Program-made: the position numbers and the translations under genes | Notes under the pieces: generated by a model | Database searches by the model: none | Told to the model about the DNA's origin: nothing | The model's input: the letters and a program-made list of their open reading frames with translations, nothing else | Assembly: GCA_036396535.1 (NCBI GenBank) | Contig: DASWKR010000058.1 | Location: forward strand, 5,411-69,410 | Direction of reading: 5' to 3' | DNA: 64,000 nt | Source: Acidimicrobiia bacterium | Lineage (GTDB): Bacteria; Actinomycetota; Acidimicrobiia; Spongiisociales; UBA5794 | In this document: positions 1-13,239 of the stretch, piece after piece | Numbering within the stretch: position 1 is the stretch's first letter | How the letters are laid out: the number at the start of each line of letters is the position of its first letter

Positions 1-239
1 CGAACCGGAACGAAGCCGGCCCCGAGGCGGTCGGCGGCCGGAGCCCCGAAGATGAACCCCCGGGCTTCGATCCCGACGACCTTGGTGACGCCGGTGTCGT
101 GGAAAGGGCCCGTCAGCTCGTCGAGCGCCGCCTCCAGGCCCTCGGGATCGGCGAGGAGTGGCGTGATGTCCTTGAAGACGATGCCTGCCTCCGGAAAGTC
201 GGCGACGTCACGGATGAGGGACGCGAAGTCGAAACCCAT
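1..239 (-). CDS. apt: adenine phosphoribosyltransferase (5' part, runs off the window edge)
   Basis: Manual translation [32 protein letters not shown]...[13 protein letters not shown] matches APRT motifs; canonical position after secF. Confidence 0.95.
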   Translation of the reverse strand, partial: MGFDFASLIRDVADFPEAGIVFKDITPLLADPEGLEAALDELTGPFHDTGVTKVVGIEARGFIFGAPAADRLGAGFVPV

Positions 240-335
240 GTCGCGACGAGCTTAGAGAGCCAATGGTGCAGGGCATACGTTCTCGTAGGCCCTTCCCGCG
301 ACGAAGCCGACGACTTGCGGGTCGCCGGCGGCTGC

Positions 336-1409
336 TCAACGGCGCTTCTTGCGCTGCCGGGGCGGCCGCGGGACGGCGCCGGACGCCGCCGGCGACCGCG
401 GCTCGACGGCGACGTCCTGGCGTGCCGGGGATGCGACTGCGGCCTGCTCCAACAGCTCGGGTACCCGCCGCTCGGCACGGCGCTCCATGCGCCGCCACTG
501 AGGCTCCCGCTCCTTCCAGAGCGTGAGCAGGGGCGTCGCGATGAAGATCGACGAGTAGGTCCCGGCGGCGACCCCGACGAACAGGGCGAGGGCGAACTCC
601 CGCAGGGTGTCGGCACCGAGAGCGTATGAGCCGACGAAGAGCAGGCTTCCGATCGGGAGGAGCGTCGTGAGCGACGTGTTGATCGAGCGCATCAGGACCT
701 GGTTCATCGAGAGGTTGGCGATCTCGCCGTACGTCTGCTTGTTGGCGAGCTCGCGAGCGTTCTCGATGATCTTGTCGAACACGACGACCGTGTCGTAGAG
801 GCTGTATCCGAGGATCGTGAGCACGGCGATGACGGTCGACGGCGTCACCTCGAAGCCGACGACCGAGTAGAAGCCCGCCGTGATCAACAGGTCGTGGAAG
901 AGAGCCGCCATCGCCGCCATGGCCATCTTCCACTCGAACCGCCAGGTGATGAACAGGGCGACGACGCCGAGGAAGATGACGAGCGCCTCGACGGCTCTTC
1001 TGGTGATCTCGGCGCCGAACGTCGGACCGACGGCATCGACGTTGGTGTCGTCCACGGACGCCCCGGCGATCGCCGCCACTGCGGAGACGAGCTCGTCTTG
1101 GTGCTGAACCGAGAGCGCCCGTGTCTGCACCAGGATGAGGTCGTCGTTGTCGCCGACGAGCTGAACTCGCGCACCGCCCTCGCCGATCGCCGAGAGGGCG
1201 CTGCGCACTTCGCCGATCGTGACCCCGGCCTCGTTCGGCGCCTCGACGATCGTGCCGCCTGTGAAGTCGACGGACCCGTCGAGCTTTCGGGTGGCCAGCG
1301 AGATGATCGAGATGGCGATGAGGACGCCCGAGATGACGAAGAACGTCCGCCGCCTGCCCACGAAGTCATAGCCGGTCTCTCCCCTGTATAGGGTGCCGAG
1401 GACGCTCAC
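336..1409 (-). CDS. secF: protein translocase subunit SecF
   Basis: DFTGGT, VGPTFG, GYSLYDTVVVFD, MRSINTS and GTYSSIFIATP motifs; GTG start overlaps the secD stop (GTGA). Confidence 0.96.
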   Translation of the reverse strand: MSVLGTLYRGETGYDFVGRRRTFFVISGVLIAISIISLATRKLDGSVDFTGGTIVEAPNEAGVTIGEVRSALSAIGEGGARVQLVGDNDDLILVQTRALSVQHQDELVSAVAAIAGASVDDTNVDAVGPTFGAEITRRAVEALVIFLGVVALFITWRFEWKMAMAAMAALFHDLLITAGFYSVVGFEVTPSTVIAVLTILGYSLYDTVVVFDKIIENARELANKQTYGEIANLSMNQVLMRSINTSLTTLLPIGSLLFVGSYALGADTLREFALALFVGVAAGTYSSIFIATPLLTLWKEREPQWRRMERRAERRVPELLEQAAVASPARQDVAVEPRSPAASGAVPRPPRQRKKRR

Positions 1410-3127
1410 GCGGTGGCCTCGGTCACCGAGTGGCGGTCTCTGCCCATGGCGCCACGCATCGAGATGGCCCCGCCCTCGCCGAACCCCGTCCGCACGAGCA
1501 GCGTGACGGCGGGCCTGGTGTAGAAGTAGGCGACGAGCACGTCGACGACGGTGGCCACGCCGAGCGTGACCGCGAAGCCCTTGACGGGGCCGATGGCGAG
1601 CAGCCACAAGAGGATCGAACCGGCGAACGTCACCGTGTCCGCCGTGATGATCGTGTGGAAGGCGCGCTTGAACCCCGTGTCGACGGATGGCCGCAACGCC
1701 TTGCCGCGCCTGTGCTCCTCCTTGATCCTCTCGAAGAAGACGATGTACGAGTCGCTCGTGATCCCGACGGACACGATCACGCCGGTGACCCCGGCGAGCG
1801 TCAGCGTCGTCCCCTGGTACCGGCTGAGCAGGGTGATCATCAGCAGCAGCAGCGAGCCGAAGACAGCCAGGCCGACGACGGCGACGAGCCCGAGCACCCG
1901 GTAGTAGAGGACGAGGGCGAGTGCGACCAGGGCGAGGCCGCCGATCCCGGCGATGAGGCCGGCACGCAGCGAGTCGTCGCCGAGGGTCGCCGAGACCGAC
2001 TCGACCCGCTCCCTCTCGAACACCGTCGGCAGAGCGCCATAGCGCAGGATCGTCGCCAGGTCCTCGGCCTCCGCCTGGGCGTTCTCCGACGAGCCGATCG
2101 TGATGAACACCTCGTCGGGTTCGAGCCCTTCACCGGCCGCCACGTCGTCGGCGACCTGGGGTGCGGAGTTGACCACTCCGTCCACGACGATCGCCATGGA
2201 TCGCCTCGGGTCCGCCGTCGAGTAGGTGGACAGCAGGGCAGTGGCGTCGCGGAACTTGTCGCCGCCGGGGCCTGTGAACGTCGGATCGACCACCCAACCG
2301 CTGCCGCCGCCGAGGCTGCCGCCGATGAAGCCGGCGTCGGCCCCGGTGATGTCGGCGCCCGTCAGGAAGGCGGGCCCCACCTTGTAGATGAACCCGTCCT
2401 CGGCTGCGAGGTAGGCAGCTTCGAGGTCGGGCGAGTCCTCGATCGTGATCCCCGTATCCGGGTCGATGTTCTCGGGCGGAGGCGCCGGCACCGTCGTCGT
2501 CGTCGTGGAATCGCCCGGTGCCGCCGTCGTCGTCGTGGCCCCTGTCGTCGTCGTCGTGGCCCCTGTCGTCGTCGTCGTGACCCCTGTGGTCGTCGTCGTG
2601 ACCCCTGTGGTCGTCGTCGAATCGTCGGGGGCGCCGGTCGTGGTCGCACCGTCAACGGTCGTGGTCGTCGATCCCGACACCTCGTCCGGTGTCCCCGTCG
2701 TGGTCGTGGTGTCGTCCGGCTGGAGCTCCTCCGGCGGCTCGAGCGTCCCGTCGGTGAACGCCGGCGAGATGAAGTTGCGGTCGATGACGGGACGGAACGA
2801 CAGGATCCCCGTCGTCCCGACAGCCTCGAGCGCCCGCTGACGGTCCTGGACACCCGGCAGCTGGACGAGGATCCGGTCGGAGCCCTGCACAGAGATCTCG
2901 GGCTCCTGGACGCTGCCCAGGTTCTCGATGCGGCGCCGCATGATCTCGACCGCCACCTCGAGCACCTCGGCGTCTGCTCCCTCCGGAGCCTTCAATGTGA
3001 CGGCGAAGCCGCCCTGGAGGTCGAGTCCGAGCTTCGGGGTCCAGCCGACCGCCAGAGACGATCCGAGTGATCCGAATGCGATCGCCATCGTCACGAGGAG
3101 CATGACGAGCATCCGACCGCGGCTCAT
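1406..3127 (-). CDS. secD: protein translocase subunit SecD with Thr-rich insertion
   Basis: KLGLDLQGG, LRYGALP, VSATLG and DSYIVFFERIKEE motifs. Confidence 0.96.
   Translation of the reverse strand: MSRGRMLVMLLVTMAIAFGSLGSSLAVGWTPKLGLDLQGGFAVTLKAPEGADAEVLEVAVEIMRRRIENLGSVQEPEISVQGSDRILVQLPGVQDRQRALEAVGTTGILSFRPVIDRNFISPAFTDGTLEPPEELQPDDTTTTTGTPDEVSGSTTTTVDGATTTGAPDDSTTTTGVTTTTTGVTTTTTGATTTTTGATTTTAAPGDSTTTTTVPAPPPENIDPDTGITIEDSPDLEAAYLAAEDGFIYKVGPAFLTGADITGADAGFIGGSLGGGSGWVVDPTFTGPGGDKFRDATALLSTYSTADPRRSMAIVVDGVVNSAPQVADDVAAGEGLEPDEVFITIGSSENAQAEAEDLATILRYGALPTVFERERVESVSATLGDDSLRAGLIAGIGGLALVALALVLYYRVLGLVAVVGLAVFGSLLLLMITLLSRYQGTTLTLAGVTGVIVSVGITSDSYIVFFERIKEEHRRGKALRPSVDTGFKRAFHTIITADTVTFAGSILLWLLAIGPVKGFAVTLGVATVVDVLVAYFYTRPAVTLLVRTGFGEGGAISMRGAMGRDRHSVTEATA
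2526..2619. repeat. 21-bp coding tandem repeat (TTTTTG[V/A]), about 4.5 copies, inside secD
   Basis: cccctgt recurs at 2539, 2560, 2581 and 2602. Confidence 0.9.
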
Positions 3128-3444
3128 GCATCCCCCGACGTGAGCCGCTCGGCGATCGCCCGCTTGGCGACCCGCAGAGTGGTACCACCCCCGACGTCGA
3201 GGTGCACCTCGTCTGCGTCGAGCTGGCGCACCGTTCCGAAGATGCCGCCGATCGTCCTCACGTCGTCACCGACGGCGATCGAGGTGCGCATCGTCTCGGC
3301 GGCCTTCATGCGCCTGCGCTGCGGTGCGATGAAGAAGAGATACATGAAGACCCCGAGCACGAGGAAGGTCACGAGCAGGCTCGCCGGGGAGCCGCCGGTG
3401 GACTCCTGCGCAAGTAGCAGGTCCTGTGGGGCGATCGGGAACAC
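3124..3444 (-). CDS. yajC: preprotein translocase subunit YajC
   Basis: Single TM segment followed by PQRRR...GDDVRTIGGIFGTV; GGAGG RBS before GTG; directly upstream of secD. Confidence 0.93.
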   Translation of the reverse strand: MFPIAPQDLLLAQESTGGSPASLLVTFLVLGVFMYLFFIAPQRRRMKAAETMRTSIAVGDDVRTIGGIFGTVRQLDADEVHLDVGGGTTLRVAKRAIAERLTSGDA

Positions 3445-3491
3445 GGATCCTCCAGTGGGACGCGTCACCGCGGGTCGGTGATGGGGCGAGA

Positions 3492-5656
<2,165 letters not shown>

Positions 5657-5710
5657 CGGGCGACAGTACCGAGCGCACCGGCGGAACCGTCCGTGTCACC
5701 GCGCCACCGG

Positions 5711-6739
5711 TCAGATCAGAGACGTCTGCCCCCCGCCCGGCTCGGGCGGGAGCAGGCCGAGATGGTCGTAGGCCCTGCGTGTGGCGATGCGGCCGCGCGG
5801 GGTCCGCTGCAGGAGGCCCTCTTGGAGGAGGTACGGCTCGTAGGCGTCCTCCACGGTCTCGGGCTCCTCGGCAACGGCGATCGCCAAGGTCGAGAGGCCG
5901 ACCGGCCCCCCTCCGAACTTCTCCACCACGGCGCTGAGGATCGCCCGGTCGACCTTGTCGAGCCCGAGGTCGTCCACCTCGAACACCGTGAGCGCCTCAA
6001 CGGCGGTCGCCTCGTCGACGATGTTGTCCGCCCTGACCGCGGCGAAGTCTCTGACGCGCCTCAGCAAGCGATTGGCGATCCGGGGCGTGCCCCTGCTCCT
6101 CGAGGCGATCGCCTCGGCTCCTCCGTCTCCCACCTCGACCTCGAGTATCACGGCGGAGCGTTCGACGATCGCCCGTAGGTCTTGCGACGAGTAGTAGTCG
6201 ATGCGAGCGACGTATCCGAAGCGATCGCGCAACGGAGGAGCGACCCGCCCCACCCGCGTCGTCGCCCCGATCAGCGTGAAGGAGGGGAGCTCGAGCCGGA
6301 TCGACCTGGCGGCCGGTCCCTTGCCGACGACGATGTCGAGCCTGCGATCTTCCATCGCCGGGTAGAGCACCTCTTCGACCTGACGCGGCAGCCGATGGAT
6401 CTCGTCGATGAAGAGCACGTCGGATGCGTCGAGGTTCGTGAGCACGGCGGCCAGGTCGCCCGGCCTCTCCAGCGCCGGGCCGGAGGTGGTCTGCATCCTG
6501 GCGTCCATCTCGGCGGCGACGATCCCGGCGAGCGATGTCTTCCCGAGGCCCGGGGGACCGCTGAAGAGGATGTGGTCGACGGGCTCGCCGCGATGGCGGG
6601 CGGCGTCCACCAGGATGGCCAGACGCTCCTTGAGGTCGTCTTGGCCGATGAACTCGTCCATCCGCTTCGGTCGGAGGCCGACTTCGAGCTGGATCTCCTC
6701 GGGAAGCGGCGATCGGGTGAGCATCCCCTCTTCCCTCAT
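5711..6739 (-). CDS. ruvB: Holliday junction branch migration helicase RuvB
   Basis: [37 protein letters not shown] motifs. Confidence 0.98.
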   Translation of the reverse strand: MREEGMLTRSPLPEEIQLEVGLRPKRMDEFIGQDDLKERLAILVDAARHRGEPVDHILFSGPPGLGKTSLAGIVAAEMDARMQTTSGPALERPGDLAAVLTNLDASDVLFIDEIHRLPRQVEEVLYPAMEDRRLDIVVGKGPAARSIRLELPSFTLIGATTRVGRVAPPLRDRFGYVARIDYYSSQDLRAIVERSAVILEVEVGDGGAEAIASRSRGTPRIANRLLRRVRDFAAVRADNIVDEATAVEALTVFEVDDLGLDKVDRAILSAVVEKFGGGPVGLSTLAIAVAEEPETVEDAYEPYLLQEGLLQRTPRGRIATRRAYDHLGLLPPEPGGGQTSLI

Positions 6740-7320
6740 CGACCTCTCGCTTTCCGGCCGAGCTCACGCAGCGACTCCCTGAGCAGGTCCTCCACCTCGC
6801 CTTCCTGCGGGAGCCCGGCGAGCGCTTCGCGGATCTCGGCAGCCTGGTAGCCGAGGCCTTCGAGGGCGAGCCTGACCTCGGCCGCCGGGCTGCCGCTGTG
6901 GAGCAGCTCACCATCCGGGAGCTCGAGCCTGGGCCGCAACTCGAGGAGCAGCTTCTGAGCGCTCCGTTTGCCGATCCCCGGCACGGCGGTGAGGGCGTCT
7001 GCGTCCTCGGACACGACGGCGCGCCGCAGCTCGTCCGGCGACATCGTCGAGAGGATGGCGAGGGCCACCTTCGGTCCGACACCGGCAACCCCGAGGAGGA
7101 GCCGGAACAGCTCGCGCTGATCCTCCGAGGCGAACCCGTACAACGCCAGCGCGTCTTCGCGTACGTATGTGTGGGTGTGGAGCACTGCCTCGTCGCCGAT
7201 GCCGGGGAGCGCCGCGAGGTCGCGCGCCGACACCGCGATCTCGTACCCGACACCGCTCACTTCGAGCACGACTCGATCGATCGACTTGACGACGAGCGTT
7301 CCGCGCAGCCGGCCGATCAC
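6736..7320 (-). CDS. ruvA: Holliday junction branch migration protein RuvA
   Basis: [24 protein letters not shown] and HhH motifs GVGPK and PGIGKR; GTGA overlap with ruvC. Confidence 0.97.
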   Translation of the reverse strand: MIGRLRGTLVVKSIDRVVLEVSGVGYEIAVSARDLAALPGIGDEAVLHTHTYVREDALALYGFASEDQRELFRLLLGVAGVGPKVALAILSTMSPDELRRAVVSEDADALTAVPGIGKRSAQKLLLELRPRLELPDGELLHSGSPAAEVRLALEGLGYQAAEIREALAGLPQEGEVEDLLRESLRELGRKARGR

Positions 7321-7814
7321 CCGATCTCCCCCGCCAAGGCCCTCATCCGGTGCGACTGCAGATGGCACAGGGCGATCGCGAGCGCGTCTGCTGCGTCCGG
7401 CGGCTCGGGAAGCCCCTCCATGCTGAACCTCATGGCCACCACCCTCTGCACCTGCTGCTTGACGGCGTCACCGTACCCAGTGAGCGCCATCTTGACCGCC
7501 GACGGGGTGTACTCGAAGACTTCGACGCCGGCCTGGGCCGCCGCCAGCAAGGCGACTCCGGAGGCCCGCGCCACGGATGTCGCCGTCTGCAGGTTGCGGT
7601 TCACGAAGACCTGCTCGATGGCGACGGCGTCAGGGCCGTGCTCCCCGATGACCGCCACCAAGTCTCGATGCAGCTCGTCGAGCCTCGTGGCGACGGGATC
7701 GCTCGGCGACGTGCGGATCACTCCGGCAGCGATCGCCTGCGGGCCGGCCCGACCGTCGCAAACGACGCCGTAACCCGTGACGGACAAGCCGGGGTCGATT
7801 CCGAGTACGAACAT
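7317..7814 (-). CDS. ruvC: crossover junction endodeoxyribonuclease RuvC
   Basis: LGIDPG, EYTPSAVK and DAADALAIALCH motifs. Confidence 0.98.
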   Translation of the reverse strand: MFVLGIDPGLSVTGYGVVCDGRAGPQAIAAGVIRTSPSDPVATRLDELHRDLVAVIGEHGPDAVAIEQVFVNRNLQTATSVARASGVALLAAAQAGVEVFEYTPSAVKMALTGYGDAVKQQVQRVVAMRFSMEGLPEPPDAADALAIALCHLQSHRMRALAGEIG

Positions 7815-7821
7815 GTGTTTG
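7808..7821. promoter_or_regulatory. LexA (SOS) box overlapping the ruvC start codon
   Basis: CGAAC-ATGT-GTTTG is one mismatch from the Gram-positive/actinobacterial CGAAC-N4-GTTCG; -10 TACCCT on the minus strand at 7825-7830. Confidence 0.75.
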
Positions 7822-7898
7822 GGGAGGGTAGCCCAACTCGGGGCTGCGACCGCGGATCGGGAGGTTCCGTCGAGCGTGGCAGCGGACCAGGCTCGGCG

Positions 7899-9923
7899 TC
7901 AGGGAACGCGCTCGTACTCCGGTTCGGACGCCTCGTCCTCCACCTCGACCTGCCCCAGACCTGCGAGCGTCTCGATCGTCTCGTAGAGCTTCTCGGGGCG
8001 GAACGGCTTGGCGAGATACTCGTCCATGCCCGCGTTGAGGCACCGTGCCCTGTCGCTGTCCATGGCGTGGGCGGTCAGGGCAACGATCGGTGTGTGGATG
8101 CCATGGACCGCCTCGTGCGAGCGGATGTGCCCGGTCGCCTGCAGGCCGTCCATCACGGGCATCTGGACGTCCATGAGGATCACGTCGTACCGGGCCTCCT
8201 GCGCCGCCGTCACGGCGTCCCTGCCGTTCTCGACGCCGACTGCGGTGTGCCCCCTGCGCTCGAGGAGGCGCAGCGCAACCTGGCGATTCGTCGGGTTGTC
8301 GTCGGCAACGAGGACGTGCAGCGCCCTGCGGCGCTCCCTCAGCCAGTGCCGGGTGATCACCGTGTCCTGCTGGGCGGCGCTCGACTCCGGGGCCAGGACG
8401 GTCCTCATGACGTCATGGAGGTCGGCGGCCGTGTAAGGCTCGGTCAGATAGCCGGCGACGCCGATCCTCCTGCATTGCGCGGCGTCGCCTCGCTGGCCGG
8501 AGCGTACGACGAGGATCACTGGGATCTCGTTGCCGGTCTCCTCGATGAGCCGCTCGGCGATGGCGAACCGGTCGACGTCATCTGCGATGACCATCGCTTG
8601 CGGCTTGGCGCCACGCTCCTGTGCGAACGTGACGGTGGCGGCCGCCAGCCCTGCGTCGGCCATGGTGATCGGGGCGAGGTCGACCTGCTGCAGCAGCTCG
8701 GAGAGGCGCTGTCGGTCCTGGGTGGTCGCCGCGATGACGAGCACGGGACGCGGCGACACGTCGTCCACGGTCGCCTGGAGCTCAGGCTCGTCGGCCAGCA
8801 CCCCGAGGGTGGCGGTGAAGTGGAACGTGCTGCCCTCGCCGATCTCGCTGCTCACCCACATCCTGCCATCCATGAGCGCCACGATCTCCGAGGCGATGGC
8901 GAGTCCGAGCCCCGTCCCGCCGTGCCTCCTCGTCGACGTCCCGTCCGCCTGTGTGAACTTGCTGAAGATCACGGCCTGCTGATCAGGCGGGATACCGATC
9001 CCCGTATCGGCCACCGCGAATCGGAGCACGACGGAGTCGTCGCCCACCGACTCCGGCGAGATGCTGATCCTGATGGTGCCCTGCGACGTGAACTTGACGG
9101 CGTTCCCCACGAGGTTCGTGAGAACCTGGCGGAGCCGGCCGGGATCCCCGACCAGCGTCTCCGGAATCGAGAGCGGCACCTCGTGGCTGATGTCGACGCC
9201 CTTCTCGGACGCGCTGCTCGTGAAGGACCGCACCACGTCGCTGACGAGGTCGCGCACGCTGAACGCCGCCTCGTCGAGCTCCATCCTCCCGGCCTCGATC
9301 TTCGACAGGTCGAGGATGTCGTTCACCAAGGTGAGGAGTGCCTGGGCGGAGATCTCGATGATCTCCAGGTACTCGCGCTGCTCGACGTCGAGGTCGGTTC
9401 CGAGTGCCAGCTCGGTCATGCCGATGATGGCGCTCATCGGGGTGCGGATCTCGTGGCTCATGTTCGCCAGGAAGAGCGATTTGGCGACCGTCGCCGACTC
9501 GGCAGTCCTGTTCGAGGCGACCAGCTCGTCGACGACCCTGGCCCGACCGACGGCATACCGAACCGCTCGATGGAGGGTCTCGACGTCGAAGTGTCCCGTC
9601 GTCAGGTAATCGACGGCGCCGGCGGCCATGGCCGCCTCCTCGGCGCCGTCTTCGTGGTCCGTCAGCAGGATGATCGGCGTCGCAGTGCCGGCGGCAGTGG
9701 CCTCGTGAACCAACTCGATGCCCGATCGGGTCCCCAGCCCGGAGGCGACGAGCGCCACGTCGTGGTCGCGGTGGAGCAGCTCCTCGAGCGCTTCGTCGTA
9801 GGTGGCGACCCAGGTGATCTCGTATTCAGGCTTCTCGCGGCTCTTCAGCAGCCCGGCTGTGTTCTCGTAGTCGTCTCTGTCGTTCTCGACGAGCAACACA
9901 CGCAGCGTCGCCGCGGCCACCAT
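7899..9923 (-). CDS. cytoplasmic hybrid histidine kinase (REC-HisKA-HATPase-REC-REC)
   Basis: H box [14 protein letters not shown] box [16 protein letters not shown] and GTGLGL; C-terminal receiver [12 protein letters not shown]...LAKPF; no TM segment. Confidence 0.93.
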   Translation of the reverse strand: MVAAATLRVLLVENDRDDYENTAGLLKSREKPEYEITWVATYDEALEELLHRDHDVALVASGLGTRSGIELVHEATAAGTATPIILLTDHEDGAEEAAMAAGAVDYLTTGHFDVETLHRAVRYAVGRARVVDELVASNRTAESATVAKSLFLANMSHEIRTPMSAIIGMTELALGTDLDVEQREYLEIIEISAQALLTLVNDILDLSKIEAGRMELDEAAFSVRDLVSDVVRSFTSSASEKGVDISHEVPLSIPETLVGDPGRLRQVLTNLVGNAVKFTSQGTIRISISPESVGDDSVVLRFAVADTGIGIPPDQQAVIFSKFTQADGTSTRRHGGTGLGLAIASEIVALMDGRMWVSSEIGEGSTFHFTATLGVLADEPELQATVDDVSPRPVLVIAATTQDRQRLSELLQQVDLAPITMADAGLAAATVTFAQERGAKPQAMVIADDVDRFAIAERLIEETGNEIPVILVVRSGQRGDAAQCRRIGVAGYLTEPYTAADLHDVMRTVLAPESSAAQQDTVITRHWLRERRRALHVLVADDNPTNRQVALRLLERRGHTAVGVENGRDAVTAAQEARYDVILMDVQMPVMDGLQATGHIRSHEAVHGIHTPIVALTAHAMDSDRARCLNAGMDEYLAKPFRPEKLYETIETLAGLGQVEVEDEASEPEYERVP

Positions 9924-10111
9924 GAATCTCCCGTTGTTCGAGTCGCCGTGGGCCGAGAATGGCCCGACCCCCAATACATCCACTAGATCGGCCCCAGGCC
10001 CTCGCGTCTTGAGTAGTCATCTTGGAATCGACCGGGGTAGTCACTCCTCGGGTCGCTCCCGCGGCGTGTCGAGCGCCCGTCGCTCCGGTCGAGATGGATC
10101 CGGAGGCCAAC

Positions 10112-10849
10112 TCAGCCTGCTTCGGCCATGACCTCGTCCGGGATGTCGAAGTTGGCGAACACCTCTTGGACGTCTTCGAGGTCCTCGAGGGCATCGACCA
10201 ATCTCAGCACCTTCCTGGCGTTCTCATCGGCGACGGGGACGGTGGTCATCGGCAGTTGCGTCACCTCGGCCTGTTCGACCGAGATGCCGGCGGCATCGAG
10301 GGCTCGCCGAACGGCGGCGACGTCGCCGGCCTCCGAGATGATCTCCCACATGCCGTCGGCGGGCCTGACATCCTCGGCGCCGGCCTCGATGGCGGCGAGC
10401 ATGACGGCGTCCTCGTCACCCTCGGCCAAGACGTAGCCCTTCTGCTCGAAGAGGTAGCTGACGCTGCCCGGCTCGCCGAGGCTGCCGTTGTGCTTGTTGA
10501 AGGCGGCCCGCACGTCGGCGGCTGCCCGATTGCGGTTGTCGGTCAGCACGTGAACGAGCAGCGCCACCCCGCCGGGCGCGTAGCCCTCATAGAAGACCTC
10601 CTCGTAGTCGACCCCATCGATCTCTCCGGCTCCTCGGGCGACCGCCCGGTCGATGGTGTCCTTGGGAACGGAGGCATCCCTCGCCTTCTGGATCGCAGTG
10701 GCGAGGGTGGCGTTGGCGGCAGGATCGGACCCGCCGTTGCGAGCGGCTGCCTCGATCGCCCTGATCAGCTTGGCGAACAGCTTGCCGCGCTTGGAGTCCT
10801 GGCGCCCTTTGCGGTGCTTGATGTTCGCCCATTTCGAGTGACCCGCCAT
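10112..10849 (-). CDS. yebC: YebC/PmpR family protein
   Basis: MAGHSKWANIKHRK, YEGYAPGGV and TDNRNR motifs. Confidence 0.96.
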   Translation of the reverse strand: MAGHSKWANIKHRKGRQDSKRGKLFAKLIRAIEAAARNGGSDPAANATLATAIQKARDASVPKDTIDRAVARGAGEIDGVDYEEVFYEGYAPGGVALLVHVLTDNRNRAAADVRAAFNKHNGSLGEPGSVSYLFEQKGYVLAEGDEDAVMLAAIEAGAEDVRPADGMWEIISEAGDVAAVRRALDAAGISVEQAEVTQLPMTTVPVADENARKVLRLVDALEDLEDVQEVFANFDIPDEVMAEAG

Positions 10850-10851
10850 GG

Positions 10852-11437
10852 TCACGCCCTCGCCATGTCGGCCAACATCTCATGGATCCTGGTCTCGGCC
10901 GTGAGCTCGGGGTGGAAGGAGACGGCGATGACGGTGCCCTGCCGCACGAACACGGGATGGCGCACCTCCGTCCCCGGCTGCGTCACCTCGGCGAGCACGT
11001 CGACGCCCGCACCCACCTTCTCGATCCACGGTGCCCTTATGAACACGGCGTGGACGGGCTCGCCGAAGCCGGCGACATCGAGGTCCGCCTCGAACGAGTC
11101 GACCTGCCTGCCGAAGGCGTTTCTCTCGACGACGACGTCGAGCACGCCGACCTGCGGCTGCTCGTCGCCGGTGGTGGCCGCCCCCAAGAAGATCATGCCT
11201 GCGCAGGTCCCGAGCACGGGTAGGCCGCCTTCGACGGCTTCACGGATCGGGTCGATGAGCCCGTAGATGCTGGCGAGCTTCCCGATGGTCGTGGACTCGC
11301 CTCCCGGGACGATGAGGGCGTCGACCGAGGAGAGCTCTTGCGGGGTGCGCACTTCCCGGCCATCGAGGCCGAGAGACCGGACGACGGCAAGGTGCTCGCG
11401 GAAGTCACCCTGCAGGGCGAGCACCCCGATCGTCGGC

Positions 11438-11448
<11 letters not shown>
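10852..11448 (-). CDS. pdxT: PLP synthase glutaminase subunit
   Basis: [26 protein letters not shown] and FHPEL motifs. Confidence 0.97.
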
Positions 11449-12331
<883 letters not shown>

Positions 12332-12406
12332 GTGCGGACTCCTGGGGTCGAGCGGGATGAGACGGAGTCTAGAGCCCAGGCCGGGTGCGCCTGGCGGCGT
12401 GCCGCC

Positions 12407-13183
12407 TCACGACACCCCGTCCGACCAGACCGGCCGGCGCTTCTCCAGGAAGGCGGCGAAGCCTTCCTGGGCGTGTGGCGTCGCCGCCGCGGTCGCCATC
12501 AAAGGTTCTGTGACCTGGTACGCCTCGTCTTCGTCCAGCCCGACCTGCCGATAGAATGCGTGCTTGCCGTCGGCGATGACGGCTCCGCTGTAACGAGTGA
12601 TCGAGTCGACGAGATCGAGCACCGCCTCACGCAACTCGCCGGCCGGGGACACCCGGTTGACGAGCCCCCACGCCATGGCGGTCGGCGCGTCGATCGTGTC
12701 GCCGGTGAGGAGCATCTCCATCGCCCGCTTGCGGCCGATCGCCCGAGTGACCGGCACCATCGGCGTCGTGCAGAACAGGCCGATCTTGACGCCCGGTGTC
12801 CCGAAACGGGCGTCGTCGGCGGCGACGACGAGGTCGCACGACGCCGCCAGCTGGCATCCTGCTGCCGTGGCGACCCCGTGCACCTGTGCTATGACCGGCT
12901 GCGGCGTCCGATGGATGGCCTGCATCGCCCTGGTGCACGCTCGGAACAGCTCGTCGTAGAACTGCGGGGTTCGATCGAGCATCTCTGCCAAGTCGTGGCC
13001 GGCCGAGAACGCCTTTCCTGCGCCCTCGACGACGATGGCCCGCACCCGGCTGTCGGAGGCGAGCGCCGCCAGCGCCGCTTCGATCTCCTCGAGCATTGCC
13101 AGGCTCATGGCGTTGCGGCGCTCCGGCCGGTTGAGGACGACCCGGCCGACCGGGTCCTGGATCTCGACGATCACATGGTCCAT
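12407..13183 (-). CDS. enoyl-CoA hydratase-related protein (crotonase family)
   Basis: LNRPERRNAM, AFSAGHDL, ATAAGCQL and PGVKIGLFCTTP motifs. Confidence 0.9.
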   Translation of the reverse strand: MDHVIVEIQDPVGRVVLNRPERRNAMSLAMLEEIEAALAALASDSRVRAIVVEGAGKAFSAGHDLAEMLDRTPQFYDELFRACTRAMQAIHRTPQPVIAQVHGVATAAGCQLAASCDLVVAADDARFGTPGVKIGLFCTTPMVPVTRAIGRKRAMEMLLTGDTIDAPTAMAWGLVNRVSPAGELREAVLDLVDSITRYSGAVIADGKHAFYRQVGLDEDEAYQVTEPLMATAAATPHAQEGFAAFLEKRRPVWSDGVS

Positions 13184-13239
13184 GAGATGCCCCTCGCGCC
13201 GTGCCGGCCGAGTGTACCGAAAGGAAGGTGCACGCCCGG

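Noticed and set aside
7350-9986. 878-aa plus-strand ORF (likewise 11267-13276, 1430-3070 and 36814-38685)
   Set aside because: Antisense shadows of well-supported genes
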